The notes beneath the pieces are model-generated. The model saw only the letters and a program-made list of their open reading frames with translations, ran no database searches and had not been told where the DNA came from. A stretch of DNA of 32,000 nt from Candidatus Caldarchaeales archaeon (GTDB lineage Archaea; Thermoproteota; Nitrososphaeria_A; Caldarchaeales; Calditenuaceae): the NCBI GenBank assembly GCA_032249095.1, contig JAVVGN010000002.1, forward strand, positions 2,048-34,047. The letters are read 5' to 3'. Numbering within the stretch: the first letter of the stretch is position 1; every line of letters begins with the position of its first letter. Positions 25,259 to 32,000 of the stretch are shown here, in pieces. A program made the translations under genes and the position numbers.

Positions 25259-25795
25259 GAGCGAAAGAACAACGGTCTGGGAAAGACGCATGGGAATGGT
25301 GTGAAGGCTCTGAGAGGGATGTTCTATGTGGCCAAACATACGCGGACTACAACAGATGATCCATTAGTAGATGAGACTCGTAGGGCTCTTCAGTGTTACG
25401 CGGACAGGCTGGCGACTAGGATTCATGAAAAGGCTATGGAGCTACCGCTCTACAGGATGGTTGTCGAGAGGCTTGGTCTTAAGGGTCCTTCACTGGCCTA
25501 CATCGTCTCCCACGACTCCATCGTCCTCAAGACATCGTCTAGGACTGGGTTGGAGACCCACTATGAGCTGTTTAGGCGTCCTTGGAGAGGTAGAGGATTA
25601 CGGAGCCAACTACTGATGCAATTGGCATACGCAACAGTCACAAACAGGAATCAGAGGTATCTAGCAGTATATGAGAGCTATCGTCAGAGGGGTAAGAAGC
25701 GTTGGTGGGCAACCCTACGCGTGGCGAAAAGAATTCTAAGAGACGTCAGGAGACTAGCTATGGAGGCACAGGAGGCCGGGCCGACTCCAGCCTGA
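24665..25795 (+). CDS. chimeric ORF: IS6-type DDE transposase (to ~25258) reading through the right IR into a fragment of an IS110-like recombinase gene
   Basis: The N-terminal ~198 aa carry an HTH-like region (SCRRVSRVLSLALEPISKSAVHYLAKR) and a DDE triad context (AVDETKLRVKKSYVYIWSAVD; LVLVDKGPWYRWAF; RNRVERFFRYLKERT). No stop occurs before the right IR, so the frame continues into unrelated sequence. The functional transposase is probably only the first part. Confidence 0.6.
   Translation: MLDYMFHGSCRRVSRVLSLALEPISKSAVHYLAKRVSEIRVAKEPRYRRCIAVDETKLRVKKSYVYIWSAVDVDSKELLALEASYGRSSLNAPSFLKKALRMCTDKPLVLVDKGPWYRWAFERLGLEYRHERLGMRNRVERFFRYLKERTTVFHREMSAGNHIQGIRIKNLKLFLNLFTLYYQAASQEVGEKAYPDTIERKNNGLGKTHGNGVKALRGMFYVAKHTRTTTDDPLVDETRRALQCYADRLATRIHEKAMELPLYRMVVERLGLKGPSLAYIVSHDSIVLKTSSRTGLETHYELFRRPWRGRGLRSQLLMQLAYATVTNRNQRYLAVYESYRQRGKKRWWATLRVAKRILRDVRRLAMEAQEAGPTPA
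25259..25795 (+). pseudogene. 5'-truncated, divergent IS110-family-like recombinase gene (repeat family copy 4)
   Basis: LGKTHGNGVKALRGMF aligns with LPRTARGDIRGLMSI of copy 2. LPLYRMVVERLGLKG aligns with LPAYNVLLEGLGIDD. LRSQLLMQLAYATV and YRQRGKKRWWATLRVAKRILRDV match the IS110-family C-terminal pattern (GKKxxxAxxAxARKL). About the first 85 codons and the whole 5' non-coding region are missing at the IS6 junction. Confidence 0.5.
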
Positions 25796-25925
25796 CGGAG
25801 AAAAAAATCCAGAGGGCTGGAACGGTCGACATTAAGATCCTGTCACTCTATAGAGTGGTGTGGTCCCTAGCTCCCTCCATCCGGCCTTCTGGGTTTCTCT
25901 AGTGTCAGGTTGGAGAGAGCCCAAT

Positions 25926-25945
25926 CCCTCCCCCTTTATTCATTT
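25926..25945 (+). repeat. right-end-like motif of the repeat family (copy 4)
   Basis: CCCTCCCCCTTTATTCATTT resembles the CCCCTCCCCC + T/C-rich right ends at 6973-6996, 12608-12630 and 17217-17236. It lies about 20 nt downstream of the rpoA stop. Confidence 0.4.
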
Positions 25946-25964
25946 ATGCTTATATGTCTCCCTT

Positions 25965-28900
25965 TTAATGTCCACCGCCCTCCACCACCCCTCCCCTACC
26001 GTTAGATCCAGCACCAACGAGGTCGCTGTACCGCATCAGCAGCGTCACCCTCCCAGTCCCAACAGGCACCTCCTTACCTATTAATATCCTCTCGATGTTG
26101 CCTCGCAGGTAGTCGACCTCGCCTGAGGCCGCCGCCTCTATCAGGGTCTGGAAGCTTATCTCGAAGGCAGCCCTCGCCAAGACGCTGCTCTTCAGCCTCA
26201 CGACTCCGTGCCGCCCCACCTGCCTCACGCGGCCGTCAAGGGTCATGGCGTCTGCTAGGAGTAGTAGGTGACGCACGTCGACATCCAGTCCCTGCTCCCT
26301 CAATAGGTGTCGCGCCTCCTCAACTATGAGCTGCCGCGCCGCCTCGATCCCAAGGACCGCCGCCACCTCGTGTATGTCGTTTGACCTAACCCTCTTGAAG
26401 TCCACCTCGGGGATGTTCGCCACCTCCCTCAGATTGGAGCCTTCCGTCTGGATGACGTACTCGTCCCCAGACTTCCTGACGATGGCCTTGGCTACTTTCC
26501 TGACTCCGCGTACCCTGATGCCCAGTATCCGCGCCTTGAGCAGGTCGAGGGCCTCTATGTCGGCCTCGGGAACCTTAAGAACTATGCTGCGCCTCGAGTC
26601 GACGAACTTCGGCTTATACTGCTTGAGGGCTGCGAGCAGCTCCTCCTTCGTCACGCCAAGGTCCCTCTGCTCCTCCTCGTTGAGGATAAGGATCAGGTCG
26701 CCGGTCCTGGCGTCTATCCTCACCTCATCGATTACGTCTCCGACGCTCACGTACTGGAGCCTCTGGGCGACCTTCCGAGCTGCCTTCGGGTCCTTGTTGT
26801 AGGGGGGCTTCAGATAGACGGTCATCATTGGGGTGGATGGGGTTCTTCTAGCGTCTATTATCTCGATTAGCCGCGGGAGCCCCACGAGGATGCTCTGCTC
26901 CCTGACCCCTGCAAAGTGGAAGGTCCTCAGCGTCAGCTGCGTGCCCGGCTCGCCGATGGACTGGGCCGCTATGATGCCCACGGGGTCTCCGCTCTCGACG
27001 AGGCTCTGGAGATACATCTTGTAGGCTGTTGAGAATATTTTGTCGAGCGCCGAGCTCGGGACTCGCAGCTTCTCACAAGCCTCCACAAGCTCGTCGACCG
27101 CCAGCCTCGGCATGAGGCCCTCGTATCTCTGCGCGACGGCCATGATTTCCTCCCTAGACGCGGCCCCGCCCCTATGCTCCATCTCCGAGAGGACCTGTTC
27201 CACCACTATCCGGGGGGTGTAGGGCCTCCCGTGATCGCTCTTGCCGGGGTCAACCCCGTCCTCGCCGTAGAGGAACTGGACTATCTTCTTAGTGTCGGAC
27301 ATCCTGACGGAGCCGTCAAACTCCACGTAGAGCGATTCGAGCGCGTTTATCAGCCTCCTCTGCATGTATCCGCTCTGCTGCGTCCTGACGGCTGTGTCCA
27401 CGAGGCCGTCTCTGCCTCCCATGAGGTGGAAGAAGAACTCGATCGGGTCGAGGCCCTTTATGAAGGGCTTGTAGACGAATCCTCTGGCTCTGGGCGAGAG
27501 GTCCCCTCTCTCGAAGAAGCTCAGCACCCTATCTTGGAAGCCCCTGCTCGGCCTCTCCCTCCTCACGGCTTGCTGTCCAACTATCGCGATCATCTGGTCT
27601 ATGTTAAGCGTGCTCCCTCGAGCCCCGGTCCTCGCCATGACGACGAGCGGGTTATCGGGCGAGACGTACTTCCTTATGAATCCGCCGATCTCGTCGCGCG
27701 TCCTTGACAACAGCTCAAGTATCTCAGACTCGAAGGCCTTTTCAGGCGTCTCACCAGGCCTGACCTCCAGCTGCCCCTTCTCGTATGCGCGTTTCAGGTC
27801 CTCGAAGCCCTGCTCCATCTTGTCCAAGACGCTTGACACCTTCTTGTAGGCCTCCGCAGGGACGGTGAGGCTGTCGATGCCTAGCGTGAAGCCTCTCATG
27901 TTGATGTAAGCGTTCGCTAGCCTAACCACGCCGTTCAGGAACCTAGCCGCGACCTCGCTTCCGTACTCCCTGAATATTCTGTGGAGGGCGCTGTTAGGCT
28001 TCTCAACCCCGACGACGGCCTTGTCTACGAAGCCCTCGACGAGACGGCCTCTCTCGATGACGGCTTGGACCGATGGATTAAAGTTTGTTGGGACCCTGTG
28101 AGAGAAGTCTGGGGGTAGTAGGAGGCTGAAGATCTGCTTCCCGCTCCAGAGAGGCGTGGGGCCAGGCTTCTCCGGTGGCGGCAGCTCCCCCCGGTATCCG
28201 ATGGCCGCGAGCAGGTAGCCCACCTCCTGCTTGGTCAGGTAGGTGCCGTCCTTCGTGAGCAGGTATAGAGATGTGAGGAAGTCTCTTATAGCGCCGATGA
28301 TCGGCGCCCCATACCTAGCCGAGATTATGTTGCGCTGAACCTGAAGGAGTAGGCGGGCCTCGGCCTGAGCCTCCTCGCTCTGGGGGACATGTAGGTTCAT
28401 CTCGTCTCCGTCGAAGTCGGCGTTGTAGGGGGTGCAGACGGCCAGGTTAAGTCTAAAGGTCTTGTAGGGCAGGATCCGGACCCTATGGGCCATAATCGAG
28501 ACCCTATGGAGGCTGGGCTGCCTGTTAAACAGGACTATGTCGCCGTCCATCAAGTGCCTCTCCACGACCCAGCCCTCTTCCAGCGTCTCCGCGACCTCGT
28601 CGAGGTTGTGGACATACTTCAGCCTCACCATCTTCTTATCCGGCTTGATGATGTATTTGGCCCCCGGATACTTATCGGGCCCGTTCCTCACCAGCTTCTT
28701 CAGCTTCTCCTTGTTCCAAGGCGTCACCGTCTCCGGCACGGTCAGCTGCATCGCGATCTCCTGGGGCACTCCGACCTCGTCAAAGTCGATGAGCGGGTCG
28801 GGGGAGATCACGGTCCTGGCCGAGAAGTCGACCCTCTTGCCCGAGAGGTTGAGCCTGAACCTTCCCTCCTTCCCCTTCAGCCTCTGCGCAAGCGTCTTGA

Positions 28901-29780
28901 GGATGCGGCCCGACCTGTGTTGCGCCGGCGATATCCCTATCGTCTCGTTGTTGATGTAGGTCGTCACGTGGTACTGTAGGAGGTCTGCCAGCTCCGCCAC
29001 AACCGGCGAGGGGGCCGCAGCCGCGATGCTCTCCTTCAGCCTCTGATTAACCCTAAGTATGTCGACGAGCTTGTGTGTCAGGTCGTCCTCCGAGCGGTAG
29101 TTGCTCTCCAAGGTTATCGAGGGCCGGACATAGACAGGCGGTACAGGCAGGACGGTCAAAACCATCCACTCCGGCCTAGAGGACTGTGGATCTATGTCGA
29201 GGAGCTCGAGGTCGGAGTTCGGGATCCTCTCGAGCCTCTGCCTCACGGAACTCGCCGTGAGCCGCACGGCTCCCTGGGGCGTCGACTCTATGAAGGTGGA
29301 GGGTTTCTCCAGCTCGACCTTATACTGCCTCTCGCCGCAGTGGGGGCATGTCTGCGCCGTCATGGCTTTCTGCTTAATCCTGTAGAATAGGTGCTTGTAG
29401 AGCCTCCCCTCCTCCTTGAGCTGCCTCAGCCTCGCCCGCATCTGCTCCAGCTCCTCCTCCGGCAGGAGTAGACGGCCGCAGGACCTACAAGTACACTTGA
29501 GAAGCTCGTGGATTATCTTCACGAAGCCGATGTGTATGACGGGGACGGCGAGCTCTATGTGGCCAAAGTGGCCCGGGCAGGAGAGATACGTGTTGCCGCA
29601 AGTCTTGCACCTCTGCCCAGGCTCGAGTGTACCGAGAAGCGGATCCATCACGCCTGTCGGTATGGGCACGCCGTCCTCGTCATAGGTGTCGGGGCTCTGG
29701 ACCTCCACTACGCTCATGTTCCGGATCATGCTGGGCGAGAGGATGCCGAACTTGATGGCCGAGATAACACCCTTCATCAT
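25965..29780 (-). CDS. rpoA: DNA-directed RNA polymerase subunit A, unsplit (A' and A'' regions in one 1271-aa ORF)
   Basis: The N-terminal zinc region is CKTCGNTYLSCPGHFGHIELAVPVIHIGF. The catalytic motif is YNADFDGDEMNLHVPQS. A''-type motifs follow (IIAAQSIGEPGTQLTLRTFHFAGV, GIEAARQLIVEE). The reading frame is continuous across the canonical split region (about 27090-27250). Confidence 0.95.
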   Translation of the reverse strand: MMKGVISAIKFGILSPSMIRNMSVVEVQSPDTYDEDGVPIPTGVMDPLLGTLEPGQRCKTCGNTYLSCPGHFGHIELAVPVIHIGFVKIIHELLKCTCRSCGRLLLPEEELEQMRARLRQLKEEGRLYKHLFYRIKQKAMTAQTCPHCGERQYKVELEKPSTFIESTPQGAVRLTASSVRQRLERIPNSDLELLDIDPQSSRPEWMVLTVLPVPPVYVRPSITLESNYRSEDDLTHKLVDILRVNQRLKESIAAAAPSPVVAELADLLQYHVTTYINNETIGISPAQHRSGRILKTLAQRLKGKEGRFRLNLSGKRVDFSARTVISPDPLIDFDEVGVPQEIAMQLTVPETVTPWNKEKLKKLVRNGPDKYPGAKYIIKPDKKMVRLKYVHNLDEVAETLEEGWVVERHLMDGDIVLFNRQPSLHRVSIMAHRVRILPYKTFRLNLAVCTPYNADFDGDEMNLHVPQSEEAQAEARLLLQVQRNIISARYGAPIIGAIRDFLTSLYLLTKDGTYLTKQEVGYLLAAIGYRGELPPPEKPGPTPLWSGKQIFSLLLPPDFSHRVPTNFNPSVQAVIERGRLVEGFVDKAVVGVEKPNSALHRIFREYGSEVAARFLNGVVRLANAYINMRGFTLGIDSLTVPAEAYKKVSSVLDKMEQGFEDLKRAYEKGQLEVRPGETPEKAFESEILELLSRTRDEIGGFIRKYVSPDNPLVVMARTGARGSTLNIDQMIAIVGQQAVRRERPSRGFQDRVLSFFERGDLSPRARGFVYKPFIKGLDPIEFFFHLMGGRDGLVDTAVRTQQSGYMQRRLINALESLYVEFDGSVRMSDTKKIVQFLYGEDGVDPGKSDHGRPYTPRIVVEQVLSEMEHRGGAASREEIMAVAQRYEGLMPRLAVDELVEACEKLRVPSSALDKIFSTAYKMYLQSLVESGDPVGIIAAQSIGEPGTQLTLRTFHFAGVREQSILVGLPRLIEIIDARRTPSTPMMTVYLKPPYNKDPKAARKVAQRLQYVSVGDVIDEVRIDARTGDLILILNEEEQRDLGVTKEELLAALKQYKPKFVDSRRSIVLKVPEADIEALDLLKARILGIRVRGVRKVAKAIVRKSGDEYVIQTEGSNLREVANIPEVDFKRVRSNDIHEVAAVLGIEAARQLIVEEARHLLREQGLDVDVRHLLLLADAMTLDGRVRQVGRHGVVRLKSSVLARAAFEISFQTLIEAAASGEVDYLRGNIERILIGKEVPVGTGRVTLLMRYSDLVGAGSNGRGGVVEGGGH

Positions 29781-29781
29781 G

Positions 29782-32000
29782 CTAGCTCACCTCCTCGAAG
29801 ACTAGCTTGGGGTAAATCCCCATCGATAGCATCTCGTTAAGCAGTAAGAAGAAGGCGTATGACATAGTCACGACCCTTCCCGTGAAGTCCTTCTTGTGGA
29901 TCGGGCAGATCAGCTGGTTCTGCTTTAAGTCGTAGTATGCTGGGAGCCCGCACTTCTCGCAGAAATAGACGGTGTATTTGTCGCTCTGCTCCAGCAGCCT
30001 GTCGAGGAGGAGGTAGCTTGCGCCGTAGGCCATCAGGCAGTCCCGCTCCATCTCGCCGAACTTCAGCCCGCCGCCCCTCGACCTCCCCTCCGTCGGCTGC
30101 CTCGTCAGTATCTGGACCTGCCCCCTCGACCTCGCGTGTATCTTGTCCCGGACTAGGTGGTGGAGCCTCTGGTAATAGACAACTCCTATGAAGATCTCTA
30201 CCTCGTACCTCCTTCCCGTGAGTCCGTCGTACATCACCTCGGTGCCCGACGACTTGAAGCCCAGCGCCTCTAGCTCGGCCTTGATCTCCTCTAGGGGCTT
30301 GCCTATGAAGGGTGAGCCGTCGATTTCGCGGCCCGTCAGGCTGCCGAGCTTGCCCGCCAAGCTCTCTATCAGCTGGCCCACGGTCATCCTAGAGGGGAAT
30401 GCGTGGGGGTTGATTATGAGGTCGGGGACTATGCCGCTTGCGGTGTAGGGCATGTCGGCCTGCGGGAAGATCATGCCGACGACTCCCTTCTGCCCGTGCC
30501 TCGAGGCGAACTTGTCACCTATCTCGGCGAAGCAGTCCGTCCTGACCCGGGCCTTAACCAGCGTGGTATCCTCCAGGGACAGGCTTATCCAGATGTTGTC
30601 GACTACCCCAGCCTCGGTGGGGCGAACAACCTCCGAAGAATCACGCCAGACCATCTCCCTTGCCGGCGCCCTCAGGTACTCCTCCATGAACCTCGGCGGG
30701 CTTACCATCCCCACTATAGCCATGCCTCCCGTGACGTCCGACTCTGGGATTGCTAGTCCATCCGAGTCCAAGACCCTGTAGTACTGCTCGCCCCTGTACC
30801 CCCTCACGTTCGGCTCGGGAATTGTGAGCCTGTCGCGCTCGCCCCCGATGTACTGCTTCGCCTCGACTTCGTAGGTCCTGAAGCTTATGCTATAGCCTAC
30901 GCCCCTCTCTATCGAAGACTTGTTCAGCACCACGGCGTCCTCCATGTTGTAGCCGTAGCCCGTGAGGACAGCGACGACGAGGTTCTGGCCGATAGGCCTA
31001 TCCATGAGCGAGAGCATCTTCATAGTCCGGGTCGCGACGATCGGTTTCTGGGGATAGATTAGCAGGTGTAGCCTCGAGTCCGGCCTTAGGCTGAGGCTTA
31101 TGAGCGGGACTCCGAGAGCCTGCTTCGCCATCGAGGCCTCGTAGACATTCCTCGGAGACTGGTTGTGATCGCTATAGGGTATGATCGAGGCGACGGCGCC
31201 GAGCATGAATAGTGGGGAGATCTCGAGGTGGGAGTGGCGCGGGGTGGCCTCGTCAGGGCTGAGGGCGATCAGAATGTTCTCCTCCTCGCTCGCGTCAAGC
31301 AGCTCGACCACCCCAACCGAGATTAGGTCGCGGAACCTGAAGGTGCCGTTTGAGAGGGACTCGATAAGTCTCTGGGAGAGCTTGGGCACACCATTCTCAA
31401 GCACGATGAGCGGCCTCCTGACGCGGCCTTCATCAGTATTGATCTCCACCTCCTGGACATGGTTATACTCAGCCAGATAGAAGTTGACGGAGGTACTGAT
31501 CTCGCCCTTCCTCCGCATCTCCCGCAGCTTCCGCACCAGCTCCGCACCATCCGGGTGATAACCTATGAGCTCGCTGTCAAGGTACACCTTCGCGGCGAAG
31601 CTCCTCTTCCGGCCTCTCTTCCTCTCGTCCAAGGCCACCATGACTCCGACCATCCCCAAGTCCACCAGCCTCCTCTTCAGCTCGATCTTGTCCTGCTGCG
31701 AGAGCGGGACAGTCACGTCCGCCCCGAGGGCGAGGTTCTTCACGAGGCCCGAGTTGGCTCCCTCGGGAGTCTCGACGGGGCATATCCTGCCCCAGTGGGT
31801 CCCGTGGAGGTCCCTGGCCTCAAAGTGGGCCTGGCTCCTGCTTAGGGTTGACTGGACCCTCCGCAGGTGGCTCACCGTCGCGAGGTAGTTGGTCCTGTTC
31901 AGGAGCTGTGTGACGCCGACCCTTCCTCCGGGCCAGTTGCCCGTCGCGAAGGCGTGGACGACCACGTCGTTGACGATGCTCGGCCTTACGAAGGGCGAGA
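29782..32000 (-). CDS. rpoB: DNA-directed RNA polymerase subunit B, C-terminal ~739 codons (ORF continues beyond the right edge)
   Basis: SHLRRVQS, FASRHGQKGVVG, GGLKFGEMERDCLMAYGASYLL and the C-terminal zinc-ribbon-like CEKCGLPAYYDLKQNQLICPIH are present. The frame is open to the window edge (..SPFVRPSIVNDVVVHAF..), and the stop lies 1 nt before the rpoA start. The length already spans the region where split B''/B' genes are divided, so the gene is probably unsplit. Confidence 0.95.
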   Translation of the reverse strand, partial: SPFVRPSIVNDVVVHAFATGNWPGGRVGVTQLLNRTNYLATVSHLRRVQSTLSRSQAHFEARDLHGTHWGRICPVETPEGANSGLVKNLALGADVTVPLSQQDKIELKRRLVDLGMVGVMVALDERKRGRKRSFAAKVYLDSELIGYHPDGAELVRKLREMRRKGEISTSVNFYLAEYNHVQEVEINTDEGRVRRPLIVLENGVPKLSQRLIESLSNGTFRFRDLISVGVVELLDASEEENILIALSPDEATPRHSHLEISPLFMLGAVASIIPYSDHNQSPRNVYEASMAKQALGVPLISLSLRPDSRLHLLIYPQKPIVATRTMKMLSLMDRPIGQNLVVAVLTGYGYNMEDAVVLNKSSIERGVGYSISFRTYEVEAKQYIGGERDRLTIPEPNVRGYRGEQYYRVLDSDGLAIPESDVTGGMAIVGMVSPPRFMEEYLRAPAREMVWRDSSEVVRPTEAGVVDNIWISLSLEDTTLVKARVRTDCFAEIGDKFASRHGQKGVVGMIFPQADMPYTASGIVPDLIINPHAFPSRMTVGQLIESLAGKLGSLTGREIDGSPFIGKPLEEIKAELEALGFKSSGTEVMYDGLTGRRYEVEIFIGVVYYQRLHHLVRDKIHARSRGQVQILTRQPTEGRSRGGGLKFGEMERDCLMAYGASYLLLDRLLEQSDKYTVYFCEKCGLPAYYDLKQNQLICPIHKKDFTGRVVTMSYAFFLLLNEMLSMGIYPKLVFEEVS

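Noticed and set aside
19362-29840. Many long antisense or alternative-frame ORFs inside gatD, gatE, the THUMP gene, rpoA and rpoB (e.g. 19362..20204, 21041..21520, 27174..27707, 28485..28979, 29508..29840). Similar ones occur inside 294..4979.
   Set aside because: These are typical GC-rich shadow ORFs. Their compositions are Arg/Pro/Gly/His-rich, they lie fully inside strongly supported genes, and they have no recognisable motifs.

Overview
GC-rich archaeal chromosomal segment. Evidence: GatD/GatE, primase PriL, an rpoB-rpoA-rpl30e-nusA cluster, frequent TTG/GTG starts, and TATA-like boxes about 25-35 nt upstream of start codons. The housekeeping genes read clearly. They include a giant PA/M28-like + FtsX membrane protein, a Gfo/Idh/MocA oxidoreductase, an aldo-keto reductase, an FAD-linked oxidase, PriL, GlyA, a GH13 GlgB, GatDE, a THUMP/SPOUT-like protein, NusA, L30e, an unsplit RpoA and RpoB. 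The unusual part is the intergenic space. Four same-orientation copies of one repeat family lie within about 21 kb (5442-6996, 11112-12630, 16019-17236, and a 3' fragment at 25259-25945). Only copy 2 looks intact. It encodes a protein that by eye has IS110-family recombinase architecture (DEDD RuvC-like N-terminus, Transposase_20-like C-terminus). That gene is preceded by about 510 nt of conserved non-coding sequence containing a TATA-like box and a G-rich leader with a long-range helix. Copy 1 keeps the same non-coding chassis (ends, promoter block, leader) but carries a decayed LAGLIDADG endonuclease gene instead. Copy 3 is a multiply disrupted recombinase copy with part of the leader deleted. 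Copy 4 is truncated by an IS6-like insertion located between rpoA and rpl30e. My top candidate for a novel system is this conserved leader as a bridge/guide-type RNA partnered with an archaeal IS110-like recombinase. All family assignments are by-eye motif recognition and need HMM or structure confirmation.
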